Source: Lama glama
Taxonomy: Eukaryota
Assembly: GCA_028534125.1 (NCBI GenBank)
Contig: CM052818.1
Span: 6,698,001 to 6,762,000 of the forward strand
Length of the DNA stretch: 64,000 nucleotides
Direction of reading: 5' to 3'
In this document: piece after piece, positions 39,971 to 54,180 of the stretch
How positions within the stretch are numbered: position 1 is the stretch's first letter
Layout: every line of letters begins with the position of its first letter
Made by a program: the position numbers and the translations under genes
The notes under the pieces: model-generated
Databases searched by the model: none
What the model was told of the DNA's origin: nothing
The model's input: the letters and a program-made list of their open reading frames with translations, nothing else

Positions 39971-40977
39971 GTCAAGTACAAAACATATTCATTACATATA
40001 TATTCCTGTCTAAAATTTCTAGTGTCGATTTTAGTGTGTATGCATTTTTTTCTCCATAAATACTATTATCCTGAAGGTGTCATTCTGCAAACTTGATTGC
40101 TCACTCAATATTCTATTTTTGAGATCCACTCAGATTAATTTATAGAGACCTAGATCTTGTAACTCCTGTGTAGGATTCTGTTATATGAATATGTCACATT
40201 TTACTTATTGTTCCCCAATTTATGAATGTTTAGATTTTTTTCCAGTTTTTTCATACTGCAAAGCTTGATGTGATGCATATTCCTGTATGTGACTTGTGCA
40301 CATGTGTGAGAGTTTTTCTAGTATAGTATTTACCATACTCATAGGTAATAAATATACTAGCTATCAATATTGAGCCCTGGCCATAATATTATTACGATTG
40401 GTGAGGAAACTGAGAAGTTAACTAACTTACCAAAAATCATACAGCCAGTAAGTGTCTGAGCTGGAATACAGACCTTCCTGTCCAACTCTGATACCCAAGT
40501 TCTTAACCACTGCAGCGTGCTTCTGCCTCCAGTGGTGCTCAGTATAAACATTTTGGTCATCTTCCCTGAATGTTTATCCGGTGTCCTCAACCTGTAACTT
40601 GCAATTTAATCTTTCAACCTAAAATGGAGTCTTTTAATTGATTCTGGTTGATCACATTATCTTTTTAAAAAATGTGTCAAATTCTCTCATCCAGATTGGT
40701 TAATTACATTATCTTGATTTGAGACTATAATTCCATCATGTTGAGATAAATTTCTATTTCAAACACAAGGGTTTTTAGAGCATTACCTATAAAGTATTCC
40801 TGCCCCAAAATCTTGAACTTGAATCTAATCAGGCTTCTAGACTTAACTTCCACTTAGAGGAAATAATAGGAGCGGAGGAATAGTTAGATGATACAGGGCA
40901 GCAAACTGACACATCTATAATGTAGAATATTCTGCAGGACGATTAACACAGTTTTTGCAACAAATCAATGTGTGTGC

Positions 40978-41749
40978 ACCAGTCAGAATGGCTATCATCA
41001 AAAAGTTTACAAATAGTCAATGCTGGAGAGGGTGTGGAGAAAAGCGAACTCTCCTACACTGTTGATGGGAATGTAAATTGGTGCAGCCTCTATGGAGAAC
41101 AGTATGGAGGTTCCTTAAAAAACTAAAAATAGACTTACCCTGTGATCCAGCAATTCCACTCCTGGCATATATTCTGAGGGAACTCTAATTTGAAAAGATA
41201 CATTCACCCCAGTGTTCATAACAGCACTATTTACAGTAGTCAAGACATGGAAACAACCTATATGCTCATCTACAGATTAATGGATAATGAAGATGTGGTA
41301 CCTATACACAATGGAATACTACTCAGCCACAAACAGAATGAAATAATGCCATTTGTAGCAATGTGGATGGACCCAGAGAGTACCACACTAAGTGAAGTAA
41401 GTCAGACAAAGATAGACAAATATCTCATGGTATCACTTATATGTGGAATCTAAAGAAAATGATACAAAGGAACTTATTTACAAAACAGAAATAGTCTCAC
41501 AGACATAGAAAACAAACTTATGGTTACCAAAGAGGAAGGGGGGGAGGGATAAATTAGGAGTTTGGGATTAACATATATGAAATAGATAACCAACAAGGGC
41601 CTACTGTATAGCGCAAGGAACTATATTCAACATCTTGTAATAATCTATAATGGAAAAGAATCTGAAAAAGAATAGATTTATATACATACATGTATAACCG
41701 AATCACTTTGCTGTACACCTAAAACATTGTAAATCAACTATACTTCAGA
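40978..41749 (+). mobile_element. 5'-truncated L1 (ORF2 end plus 3' UTR) inserted in an older L1M
   Basis: Canonical L1 3' sequence (ORF 41190..41453 is L1-derived); TSD AAATCAA(tg/ca)TGTGTGC at 40962-40977 and 41750-41765. Confidence 0.9.
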
Positions 41750-43548
41750 AAATCAACATGTGTGCCTAAGTATGGAGACTTCTCTAAATTAAAAGAAACT
41801 TAACAGACACAACAACCAATTGTAATGTGTAGTTCTTATCTGTATTCAAATTTAAATAAACCAACTTTTTAAAAAGACATTTTTGAGACAATTGAGGAAA
41901 TGGGATTTTCTGTTACTAGATGGTATAATAGGATACTACGGGATTATTGTTAATTTTGATTAGTGCTATGAAGGCATTGTGGTTATGTAAAAAAAATGTC
42001 CCTCTTAAAAAAGAGACTCTTACCAACGTATCTAAAGGTGAAATGATATGATGTTTGGGATTTGCTTTAAAACACTCTGGGGGAAAAATAAAGGACAGAT
42101 TCAGCAAATGGGAAAAATCTTGGTGATCACTGAATCTGGAAGGTAAATACACAGTTCATTATACTCTTCTATCTACATTTTACTATTTTAATAGATTTTG
42201 TAATAAATTTTAGAGTGTTTTTATGATAGAAGTAATAGAAAACATGGCAGGAGGAGGATAAAGCTTAGAAAAGTAAGAGAAAAAAATAGAGTTTATAACC
42301 TCCTAATCAGAGACAACCACTGTTAACATGTAGGTGCATTTTCTTCCATAATTTTCTGGGTGAATTTTGATTAGGTTTTCAAAATAAGGGTGAAAATCTG
42401 TATTCAAATCTGTGTCCCACTTTTCCTTTATATATATAAACATTTTTCATATTTTCATGGATTTTCTTAAGCATCATATTTAATGATGACAAAATAGTCC
42501 ATTAAGTGGTTATCCCGGGGCTGCATTTGCTACCTCACCTCTGGGCTCACAAATCCTTCTGAACTTAAAATTTCTAATCAGATTAGGCATTTATCCTGTA
42601 TCATTTTTTTTTGTAGAGGGAGGAGCAGTCTCCTTCCATATATCAAACCTAACTCAAGGCTTGACACATATTAGATACTTAATAAATATTTATGTAAATT
42701 AAATGAGAAAACAGATACTTTGGGGGGGATTATTCAATCAGCTGCACATAACGGCTCCTGTTACTTTACTTCACCAATCAAAATATCATGAAAGACCATG
42801 TTGGATTCTTTACTTGAATGGGCATTTTACTGCATTTCAGAATATTACGCCAATCAAAAACTAAAATAACTTTTCTTATAAACTTCTACTGGTTCTTATT
42901 ACCTACCACCTGACCTTAGGAGAACTTACCAAGTATCCACATGGCAGTCTATTCTACAGTTGTGCTGGGGATCAACACCAAACCTGTCTGTCTGGCAGCA
43001 AACTGGCCTTCCATGAATCCTTCACAGGAGTGACACAAAATTTTAACCAATGTGAAAAATTATTATTTTCCATAGCTGAGTATACACATGGTCACGGTGA
43101 TACCTGTCTGCCATGACGTGGAGCTGAGAAGGTGATGAGATACAGCACAAATCAGTATCTCATTTGTTTTGAAGTAATTCCCTTATAATGTGATGAAAAG
43201 CACCAAAGAAAGTTTGCTTGTATCCTAGAATATTAATAAATTAGCTTTGGGAAGAATATGGTTATCAGAAAAACAAAGAACAATTCAGAGAATTAATTAT
43301 TAGCATGCTTTTCAATTTGTATACAAGAAACATAAACTGACAAATTGATCATATCTAAGAAAACAAGGACAGGATTCATATTAGGAAAATGAGAAAGAGG
43401 GGGAAAATAAAACACAGTTTGAGAATAGTGAGATTTGTTTTCCCTTTCTTAGCTAAGTGCCAATTAGAGGCAGCTACCAAGAATTTGAGTTGTTTATGGA
43501 TTCTCTAGAAAAGCTTCAGAGGTTAGCTATGGAATATTCATGATGGAC

Positions 43549-44066
43549 TGTTACAGAGAAGAACAAATCTGACTCCATATTAGATCTGTTCCTTTAGCTC
43601 TAACCTTTGTGCTCTGTTTCCTGTGCTTAGTCATGCTGGCTCTGTACCTTTTATAAAAGAATGTTGCCTGTAGCCTGAAATATGCAGGAGAGCCCATTCT
43701 CAGGGCTCTGACCTTAAAATGTTTAACACTTTCCCATTCGTATAGAGATAGTATGTTGCAGAACAGAGAATAACATTTGTCTTGCTGGAGGTCTGCAGGG
43801 ACACCATCACCAGATCTACATGGATAGCTGCAAGAACAAAGGATTCCAGCACCAAGAAATCTGCAACAACCAGCCACATCCCTTCCCCTTTTAGTATAAA
43901 AGAAGCCTGAATTCTAACTCAGGTAAGATGGTTTTTTGGGATACTAGTCCACCGATCTTCTCAGTCTGCTGGCTTTCTGAATAAAGTCGCTATTCTTTGC
44001 CCCAACAACTCATCTCTTGATTAATTGGCCTATGGTGCCAGCAGTATGAGTTTGAACTCAGTAACA
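43549..44066 (+). mobile_element. Solo LTR, ERV1-like
   Basis: TGTTAC...GTAACA inverted termini, TATAAAA at 43895, AATAAA at 43980. Confidence 0.85.
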
Positions 44067-44239
44067 CCATCAGTGTGATGTCTACTTGTGTCCTTTGTTC
44101 ATCTCAGCCCAGGTCTGCACATCAAAACTTCTCCAGGGTTTACAAGCCCGAAGAATAAACAGTTCTACTCAAATAGGGCATAGTACTGAAGAATGACCAA
44201 GTTAAAATTTCAAAAGAGGAGTTTCTCTAACAAATGATT

Positions 44240-44755
44240 GGCTTAATTAAATTAAGCTGGCTTAATCATAATATGGAATTAGTTGACTCACGTCACTGAA
44301 AAGTGTAGGGGTGGACTTCAGGTATGGTGTGATCAGGAACTCAATGACATCAGGACTCAATTTCTCTTTCCCCATCTCTTGGTTACATTTTCATTGTGCT
44401 GGCTTTATCTCAGGCAGGCTTTTATCTTGAGGTGGTGGGATGATATCAGCAGTTCTCCATCCTAATTATTCTCGGTTTAAGGTCAGTTGAGAAGAGTCTT
44501 CCTATGACTCACTGTGATTAGGCAAATTGGGTCAAATGACCTCCCCTTAACCAGTCCACTATAACCAGGGGAAAGGAATTCCAACACTTGGCTGATCCGG
44601 GTTATACGCTCAACTCTTGATGGAGGGAAGGTACCCACTTGCTGCACATGGACTGAGAACCAGAAGAATCCCTAACAGGAAACCAGAGTAAGGTTACCAA
44701 AAGAAGGGGGAATGGCTGTGTGCTTGACAACCAAAAAGCCTCAGGAGGCCACCAC
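44240..44755. mobile_element. MaLR LTR (MLT1-like)
   Basis: GGCTTAA...GACTCACGTCACTGAAAAGTGTAGGGGT...CTTCAGG pattern typical of old MLT1. Confidence 0.55.
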
Positions 44756-44799
44756 GCTGCAATAATTACATGCATTAATTAGGATTTCTTCTGACACAG

Positions 44800-45310
44800 T
44801 GATGAAGAAAAATCATACATTTTTCTATGGCAGAACAATCAAACTAAGACAGAAAGAAAAAATAAATAACATGCTCTCTTTGTGTCTGGCCTTTCCCAAT
44901 GTGAAATGTGCATCCGCATTGTATATTAACCAGACCACCTTGAAGCAGGAGGATGTAATCAACCTTTGAGAAAAATGGTCTCTTTCCTCAGACACCAGCA
45001 TTGTAATTTTAAGGTTAATATTTCTTTTTCATCCCGTACAAGGGGTCACATTGACCAAAGGCTTGCTTTATACTTCCTTAAATGACCAAAAACATCTTTG
45101 ATGAACCTTGTGTACAATGCTAACCTGTCAGTGATACATAAACTCTTTGCCTCCAGGAATGTGTAAAACTAGATATCTAACTGCTAACCAGTGGAACGGT
45201 TCTCAGAGCTTCTGAGAATGTTTCCAGAGTTATAATCCTCAGTGTGGCTAGAATAAAATTCTCCTTTCTTTCTTCTTAGCTTGATTGTTTTTTGATTTTC
45301 TGTCAATACT
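44800..45310 (+). mobile_element. LTR, ERV-like
   Basis: LTR-like layout with AATAAAATTCTCC at about 45252 followed by a T-rich U5 segment. Confidence 0.55.
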
Positions 45311-45389
45311 AGTAACAACAACAACAGAAAATCTAACTTGAATTCCCTGTTAAAAATTAAGAAAGAAATTTATAGGCTTTTGTTAAAAA

Positions 45390-45960
45390 AATGTATTCAG
45401 GATTTGCTTTCATCAGGTAAGACATGCCCACGTGGAAATGATTGTCATGAAGGAAGAAGTTTATATTCACAGATCCCTAGAAACAGGAGGTCCAGCATGC
45501 CACACAGGGCCACGTGGGGAAGGACCAGGGTTGGTCAGGGAGCAGGGAAGGAGCCAGAGGGCTGAACGTGGCCCAGAGCTGTTATAAGGGTCTTCGTGGG
45601 AAGGACTGGGTGAGGCAGGGTAGGTAACTGACTAAGTTTAGGACTGGATAGTTTGATCAATTCCAGGAGGCTCTGGGCTATGGGGTGGTCTCTAGTTGTC
45701 TGGTATCTGGTCCTGGGATGATTTAGAGCAGGGGAAATATTGGCTTGCTGTGTGAAAGTTTGATAAGGGAGATAATTGGAGAGGCTGGCTGTGGACTTGT
45801 TAGTTTGTATGTTAAAGGCACATTCCGGGGTTGGAGGTGAGAGTGCTGTCATTTGCTATCTCTGAGAACTAGCTAGCCGTGGGAGGGGCGGTCTCTCCAG
45901 GATCAAGGCCCCAAAGGCGAGAGCATCAAGAATACAGAAGATAAGAAGGTCTTGTCGACA
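45390..45960 (-). mobile_element. LTR element (MER-series ERV type)
   Basis: AAGTTTATATTCACAGATCCCTAG and GGACTGGATAGTTTG motifs of old eutherian LTRs. Confidence 0.55.
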
Positions 45961-46564
45961 GAGCTCCCATCACTGAAAAGCCCAGAGAAATAAATTTTCC
46001 GGCATAGCTAGGTATGACTCAGACAATGTTATCTCTGCAATGTGCTCGGGCTCCACCTGGTGGCTCCAGGCGATTCCAGATTCCACTGCTTCCTACCCAC
46101 CACCCTCACCCCTCACCAACTCTGTGATGCCTAAAAACAGCAGCAGCTCTTTTCTACATTCTTTCTGCTTCAAGTCCAGAAGAAAACAAAGAGCTTCTTT
46201 CCTCCAAGAGCCAAAAGAAAATCCTGGTCCCCATTCTTACTGGCCAGATTTGGATCAATCACTGCAGTCAAGTGGGTGGGAATTGCTTATTGACTTAGGG
46301 AGCACCCCCAGTTCTCCAACCACATGGAGAACAGAGGAGAGGTGGCTCTCCAGGGGTGATCTCGTGTGCTGCTTTCTCAGAAGAATGGGGAATGGATGCT
46401 GGGAAACCAAAGCAACAGCTGCCCACTGCACAAGTCATGTCAGGCATGTTTCTCCTGGGGAGCTAGTACCTTGTAATTACTGCTGATTTGGTTAGTGGAA
46501 CTCTGAGTCTTTCAGTCCAGCCACCTATGCCATCAAGGATTGTGGTGTTTTAAAATGTATCATT

Positions 46565-47314
46565 TTGTAGTTTGGTGCAGCCATTATGGAAAACAGTATG
46601 GAGATTCCTCAAAAAACAAAAAAATAGACTTACCATATGATCCAGTAATCTCACTCCTGGGCATATATCTGGAGGGAACTCTAATTTGAAAAGATACGTG
46701 CACCTCAATGTTCACAGAAGCACTATATACAATACCCAAGACGTGGAAACAACATAAATGTCCATCAATAGATCACTGGATAAAGAAGCTGTGGTGTATT
46801 TATACAATGGAATACTACTCAGCCATAAAAAGAATGAAATTTTGCCATTTGCAGCAACATGGATGGACCTGGAGATCATCATACTAAGTGAAGTAAGTCA
46901 GAAAGAGAAAGAAAAATACTATATCACTTATATGTGGAATCTAAAAAAAGAAAAAAGACATTAATGAACTTATCTACAAAACAGAAACAGACTCACAAAT
47001 GTAGTAAACAAACTTATGATTACTGGGGGGGGGGTGTGGGAAGGGATAAATTGGGAGTGTGAGATTTGCAAATATCAACTATTATATATAAAAGATACAC
47101 AAGCTTATACTGTATAGCACAGGGAACTATATTCAATATCTTGTAGTAACCTATAATGAAAAAGAATATGAAAACAAATATATGTGTATATATATGTATG
47201 ACTGAAATATGATCCTGTACACCAGAAATTGACACATTATAAATTGACTAAATTCAATTTTTAAAGGGTTAAAAAAATCAATAAGGACATATAAAAACTA
47301 AAAATAAAAAGAAT
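46565..47314 (+). mobile_element. 5'-truncated L1 (camelid/artiodactyl 3' end)
   Basis: Canonical L1 3' sequence with A-rich tail; TSD TAAAATGTmTCATT at 46551-46564 and 47315-47328. Confidence 0.9.
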
Positions 47315-47756
47315 TAAAATGTCTCATTGACGCTCAGGAGTTGAGAACCACTGTCTGTAGTTTAAGTTGATACATGAGTTGACAAGAGTTGATTCCCCCA
47401 CCTACCCCTCACCATTCCCCACTATCTTATAATACTGTCTACATATGTCTAGTCTTTTGGTATTTCTTTTGTTCTGTAAGATTTTTCAAATTGCTTTTGG
47501 CAGTTCTGTGATCATGTCTGCAAAGTCTTTTAGTGCAATACAATGCAATTTCTCCTGACATTTGAATTCTGCTATCCTAGGCTTCAGTTTCATTTTTAAG
47601 ATATTGAGCTGCCCACACTGCTCTCATGTCAATTGAGATGGTGGTCATGGAGGAAGCTTCCAATATCTATAGAACACTGTAGCTCCTCCTTAATTCCAAT
47701 ACCAGTATATTTGAGCAATGCACTGACATTTCTGTCTTTAGGAGCTCATACAGCTC

Positions 47757-47778
47757 TGTGTGTGTGTGTGTGTGTGTG
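47757..47778. repeat. (TG)11 microsatellite
   Basis: Direct reading. Confidence 0.95.
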
Positions 47779-50009
47779 TCTATACAACTATATTTTTGTT
47801 ACTCATTTTGGGATTGTGGATCTAAGAAAGATCATAATGATTTATTTCCATTAGCAGAGTTGGAGATTTTTAATCTATAGATAGAAATTTACAAAATAAT
47901 GAAGAATGTGCACACATGTTTGGCTACAAAAAGACACTCCTTAAAGTGTTTTTAGAAACATTTTATAAATGTTTCATAAGAATGTTGCAATAAGCATCTT
48001 TAGTAGTTAAATCTCTGTATACATAATTCTTTCCTTAGGATGGAAATGCCCAGAAGCAGAGCTGCTTTCTACACATACCTTTAAGGGCCTTGCTCTGATC
48101 TACAAGGACCTTAGCTTTCTAATTCATTTTCTTGCCTCTGATTTCTGCCTTCATTCTGCCTTTCATTGGAAAATGTATCTTTCTAAAACACGGTGCTCAT
48201 TATTTTACTTCCCTGCCGAAAACCCTTCCTTTCCCCTGGCTGGGGCCCAGTTCTTTACCCTGACACCTGAGGACTTTCACAATCTGACTCTGCCCCAGAT
48301 TTCTAGACTTTTCTGCAGCTATTCCCCTGTATGAATCTCCCATTATAACTAAAGTCATCTGCCCTATCCCCCATGATGCCTTGCACATTGGTTTATGCTG
48401 TGCCCAGCTCCTGCAATAAAGGAGGTGGGAATCGTATAATAAAGGAAATGTCAGAATTAGGAAAGAGTAATTCAGTTTGTCACAACCTTCTATAAACCTT
48501 TCTCCCACCTGCTTTTCCCCACTTCACCCAAACTGCTGAGTTAACCTGCCTTCACTGCTGAAAACATCAAAATGGATGCGTGGATCCTGCCTTCCCTCCT
48601 GTTCATCTCTGCACCCTCCCCACCTCTTCCACCTGCTACCTGGAGGGTCCTCCACTGTCTGTGTCTGGGCTCAGCCTCCTCCTCCAAGCTGCCGTCTCTT
48701 GTTCACGTTCATCTCCACCCAATTCATTGCTCCTCTGTCCTCCATCTGTAGCCCTCCGGGTTCGACATTTTGCTTGCTGTTTTTAATCTTCCCTGTTTCT
48801 GTGGCTCCCCTCTTTTTTGGTCTGCTTTTCTTCTTTTATTATGTCTCCTGTCTCTTAGGTGGATGCCTTTTATATCCTGTGTGAGCAGACAGGACTTTAC
48901 AGTGCTGGGAGCATGCCTTTCTGTCATTTTCAGTAATCGTCTCTCAGAGCCCAGCAAGCAGAACATGCTTTTCCATCCTTCCAGGCTCTTTTCATCACTG
49001 CCTTCCTTCCCTTCCATTCCTTCCTTGTAGACTCCACAGCTGTTCCTGATGCTTGAATGTCCCAGCCAAACTCACAGGGAACTAAACCTCAGTGGTGGGA
49101 GGGACTGAGAAATGACATATAATAACTTCAAAAGGTTTGAAGGGAGAAAATATTATTTGCTTCATAAGTTTTACTCAGTCTCAGTTTTGGCTTCCAGAGT
49201 ACGTTATAAAAGAAACTATACATAAATGCTCCAGTGTTGTTAGACCCAGGGGGAGTGGATATAAATACACTTAAAATGAAAAGGTTTACATAAAGTATAG
49301 CCAAATTGTTAACAACTCTGAAATTGTGACAATTGCTAATGATAAAGAGAGAGTTTAGAAAAATTTTTAAAAGATATAATTTGGTTAGAGAATTTAGGTC
49401 TAACCAAAGGAGACAAATACATAATTCTCAGACAGCACAAAGGGGTTTTTAAAAATAATTTCCTTAACTTCATTTGACTGTCTGGGGTTCTTAATCCCAT
49501 CAAGAAACCAACTTAGAGATAAAACAGGTGAGAAAAATTAGACTTTTGTATATGATATGCTGTAGATGTAAATGATGGAGACCCATTACATTTCTTTTAA
49601 CTAGAATCATTTTCATATTATATTAATTTATCATAATTTAAATTTATGTATGTATATATAATAAGATAATTCTCTTTTCACTTGTTTCTATGCCCTTTGT
49701 TCACAGAGTTCTATTTGAAGTGCAAATGACTTTGAAATCAACATAGTATGAGACGTACAAAGACATAAAAATGTGATTTGGGGAGAGAAAGAAAAAGAGA
49801 TGTGAAAAAAATGATCGAGTAGAAAAATAAAATCGTCAATATTTTAAATATCCTCATTGTTCAAACATCTTAGGGGATTAAATAATAATTTTTCCAATCT
49901 TCTCACAGTCTTTTAGGTAAGGTTACCTGAAAGCATTATTTTTCCTGTTGTTTTGAATTATCCTTTAATCAACATCCTTTTAGAAATTTGCAACTCATTT
50001 GCTTTTTCT

Positions 50010-51830
50010 GTGAACAGCTTTTTGAGATATAATTTGCATAACATACAATCCATCCATTCAAAATGTACAATTCAATGGCTTTTAGTATATTCACAGAGTT
50101 GTACAACCATCACCACAATTAATTTTAGAATATTTTATTAGCCCCCAAAGAAATCCTAACCCCTTAGCTGTCACCCTCAATTCCTCCATCCCTGCCTTCC
50201 CCCCAGACCGAGGCGATCACTGAGACACTTTCTGTCTCTACAGATGTGCCTCTTCGGGACATTTTATGTAAAGAGAATCGCACATTATATGGCCCTTTGT
50301 GACTGACTTCTTTCATTTTGCATGCTTTCAAGGTCCATTCACATTGTAGAATGTACCATAACTTTCTTCTTATTGCTGAATAATTCTATGGTATGGGCAT
50401 ACCTTATTTAGTTTATCCATTCATCAGTGGATTGGCATTTGAGTCATCTCAACTTTTTTACTATTGTGAATAATGTTGCTGTAAACATTCAGGTGTAAGT
50501 TTTTGTATATAAGTACAAGTTGTGCAAACATTTATTTTTATTTCTCATTTCTCTTAGGTAAATACCTAGGAGAGGAACTGCTGGATCACATAATAATTCT
50601 ATGTATAACCTTTGAGAAATTGCCAGACTATTTTTTAAAGTGACTGCACCATTTCACATTCCCGCCAGCAACGCATGAAGGTTTCCATTTCTCCACATCC
50701 TTGCCAATGTCTGTTATTGTCTTCTTGATTACAGCAATCTCATGGGTGTGAAGTGGTACCTCTTTGTGGTTTTCATTTTCATTTACCTGATAGCTAATGA
50801 TGCTGAGCATCTTTTCATGTGTTTATTGGCCATTTGTGTATTTTCTTTGGAGAGCTGTCCATTCAGATCCTTTGCTCATTTTTAATTGGGTTACTTGTCT
50901 TTTATCATTATGTTGTAATACTTTTCAATGTATTCTAGATACAAGTCTTTTTATATATTTTTTCTCTTGTTTCTTGTGCTTTAGAGGTCATATCTAAGAA
51001 ACCATTGCCTAATACAAGGTCAGGCAAAGTTAAGCCTACGTTTTCTTCTAAGAACTTTTATAGTTGTAGCTTAGATCTTTGACCAGTTTTGTATTAATGT
51101 TTGTACGTTGTCTGTGGTAGAGAATGAATTTCATTCTTGTGTGTGTGGATATCCAGTCGTCCCAGCACCATTTGCCAAAACGACTGTTCTTTCCCCATTT
51201 AATTGTCTTAGTACCCACGCTGAAAATCAATTGACCGTCAGTGTGAAGGTTTCTTTCTGGCTTCTCAATTATACTCCATTGATCTACAAATCTGTCTTTA
51301 TGCCAGTACCACACTATCTTGATTATCGTGGCTTTGCAGTAGGTTTTGAAGTTGGAAACTGTGGGTCTTCCAACTTTGTTATTCTTCTTCAAGATTGTTT
51401 TGGTTATTCTGGGTCCCCTGAATTTCCATGTGAAGTTTAGGATCAGTTTGTTAATTTCTGCGAAGATCAAGCTGGGATTTTGATAGGGATTGTAATAAAT
51501 CTGTAGATCATTTTGAGAAGGATTGATCTCTTAGCAATACTAACACTTCTGCACAGATATGGAGAACAAACTAGTGGTTACCAATGGGGAGAGGGGCAAT
51601 ATAGGGGTAGGAGGAAAGGGTTATTATGGGACTGTATGAAATCATGTGTACGAAACTTTTGAAAAGTGTAAAGCATTACAGAATTTAAAGAATCTTTCAT
51701 TCAGTTAAAAAAATTTAAGTCTTCTGATCCATGGCTATAAGATGTCTTTCCATCTATTAAATGTTCTTTCAACAATGTTTCATAATTTTCAGAGTATAAT
51801 TTTATACTTCTGTTGTTAAATTAATTCCTA
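50010..51830 (-). mobile_element. L1MB-like element with ORF2 remnant, interrupted by a short plus-strand L1 3' piece at about 51552-51713
   Basis: ORF 51048..51470 (...KLILNFTWK...KTILKK...KTYCKATIIKIVWYWHKDR..DQW) is the recognisable L1 ORF2 C-terminal region. Confidence 0.9.
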
Positions 51831-51969
51831 GTACAGTTTATTCTCATTCATCATGGATTACATATTTGTGAATTTTTCTGTTCACTAAAGTTTATTTGTA
51901 ATCCCCCCGTCAATACTCACAGCACTTCAGCAGTCATTTGATTAGATGTGACCAGAGAAGCAAAATATT

Positions 51970-52640
51970 TGAATTCACAAAACAAAACACCTAACAACAC
52001 CAAGTGTCAGCAAAAAAGTGAAACAACTGGAATTATCATATCCTGCTGGTAGGAGTGCCCCTTCGGAAAAACCTTTGATAACATCCACTCAAAATGACCT
52101 GGCAATTCCATACCCACTTACATACCTGCCATAAACATACATACATACATACAAACCACAGAAGACATATAGAGGCATAGTCATAGCTGTACAAAAGCCA
52201 TAAACTGGAAACAACCTAAATGCCCATCATCAGCAAGAGAATGGATTAATAATGGTGGTATATTTTTTCATCAGAATTTTTTAAATAAATGAATGAATTT
52301 CTGCTACATGCAATGTGGGTAAATTTCACAGACATACGTTCAGTCAAAGCAGCAAAACACAAGACAGTACATACTGTTTGATTCCATTTATATGATGGTC
52401 AAGAACAGATAAAGCTGATATATGCTGTTAAAAGTCAGGATAGTGGTTAGAAGTCAGGATTGTACAGTAAGTAGTGACTCGGGGTGGGCAAGAGGGAGGT
52501 TTCTCGGTTGCTGGAATGGTCTATAATTTAATTATGTTTGTAATGTGATGGGTTTATACATTTCTAAAATTCATATAGCTTTACAGTTAAGATTTGTGCA
52601 TTTTATAACATGTATGTTTTTCTTCAATAAGTAAAAAAAA
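51970..52640 (+). mobile_element. Old L1ME-like 3' fragment
   Basis: AACTGGAAACAACCTAAATGCCCATCA and TGATTCCATTTATATGA motifs. Confidence 0.65.
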
Positions 52641-53699
52641 TAGAGAAACTTGTGTTCTCCCAACTATCCATGCATTGCGTTTTCATCATTTGAGAACATC
52701 CAGGGCTTCTACCAGAATTGACCAGCAGGGGTCAGCCCGGTACAAAACCCCTCCAGCTCCCGCCTTCTGTGCGTTGAAACTTTTCCTCCTGATTCAGACA
52801 ATTGGTCCTGGCGTTTCAGTTCTCTCACCTGACATCTTCAGACACACCTTCCTCTACTCTGTCCCCACCACCCACTCTCATGATCATAACATGGGCCAGA
52901 AACGTCACTGCGTCCCGTGCTCATGCAGACACTCATGTCCTATCCTTCCTCTTCCTCAAGTAACTCCAGCAACACTCCTTTCACTTATCAAGCCCTTCAG
53001 GCCAGAGACCTGCCCTTTCCCTTCCATCCTGCAGTCTCATCCTTTCTTTGGCTCCTTACCCAGCTCTGATATCACAGGTTATCCGTGTAATCACTTCTGC
53101 AGACATCTTCAACTCTTTGACCATGCCAGACACCAGCTTGTAACCCATTAATGATTTCCCATTGCACTTGGGTTAAAATACAAACTCACTACAAGGCTCG
53201 CATGTCCCAGCCCTGGGCTAGTGCCTCTCCCCACTTCACCCATACGCGATACCCCTCACATTCCATGCTTTCACCTCTCCCCTTGCCTCATACACCACAC
53301 CCCCTCCACCACACTTTCATTTCTTCCCTCCGCCAGTATGAAAGCTATTTCCTTCAAGTCCATTCTCTTATTTTCCTTTCCTGACAAGGTGTTTATTCCT
53401 TTAAGACACAATTTAAAATTACACCCATATTTGTGTACTTGCTTGCTTAATATTTATCTTTGACTTGAGACTGTGCACGCAACAACCGAATCTGGTTTAC
53501 ACATCTTTTTACACAAGTAGTAGCGAGCACTTGTTGGGTCCATAGTAGATACTCAGTAAGTATCATCTGAATTAGAATATCAATCCAGACCTTGACTCCA
53601 CAAAGACAGGGACCGATAGGGGCCCTCTGTTGCTTTAGAAAAAAAAAATTAGCACACTATTATTTGTATATGTGTCCTTTAAAGCAGTCACATCAATTA

Positions 53700-54092
53700 T
53701 CATAGCAATTGCATAAGATAGGTTACATAAGATAGATGTATTATAATTCTCATTTGATAGATGAAGAAAATGAGGCACAAAGTGAATCGACTAATATGTC
53801 AGAGTAAGTTCTAAAACCAAAATCTCTAACCTACCCATCTGTGCATCTTCACTAATATATATGAATGTTCTGATTCTTGATCAAACGTGCAGTGGATAAG
53901 ATTGCCTGACAGTTACATGCCCAGGGTCTAAGGACAGACTGTTAAGGTTCCAAACCCAGACCCAACACTGAACTTGCTGTGTGACTGTGGGCAATTTACC
54001 TAACTTCCCTGAGTTTCAGTTTCTCCAGCTCTAAAATGGAAACAACAAGACCCATCTGAGGAGGCTGCGGTGAGGTTTTGATATATGTATAA

Positions 54093-54125
<33 letters not shown>

Positions 54126-54180
54126 CGCTGACTGACCTTGGTACATGGGAAGCATTCAGTCAAAGTTAGTTATCATTCCT
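53700..54180. mobile_element. MIR fragments with a (CA)n microsatellite at 54094-54124
   Basis: GATGAAGAAAATGAGGCAC and TGTGTGACTGTGGGCAATTTACCTAACTTCCCTGAG MIR core. Confidence 0.7.

Noticed and set aside
48640..48876. Purine-rich minus-strand segment bounded by CAG| and |GTAGCA as a possible lncRNA exon
   Set aside because: Weak polypyrimidine tract and donor, no recognisable protein similarity; not supportable without RNA data
51048..51470. 140-aa ORF as a gene
   Set aside because: Decayed L1 ORF2 fragment surrounded by L1 sequence
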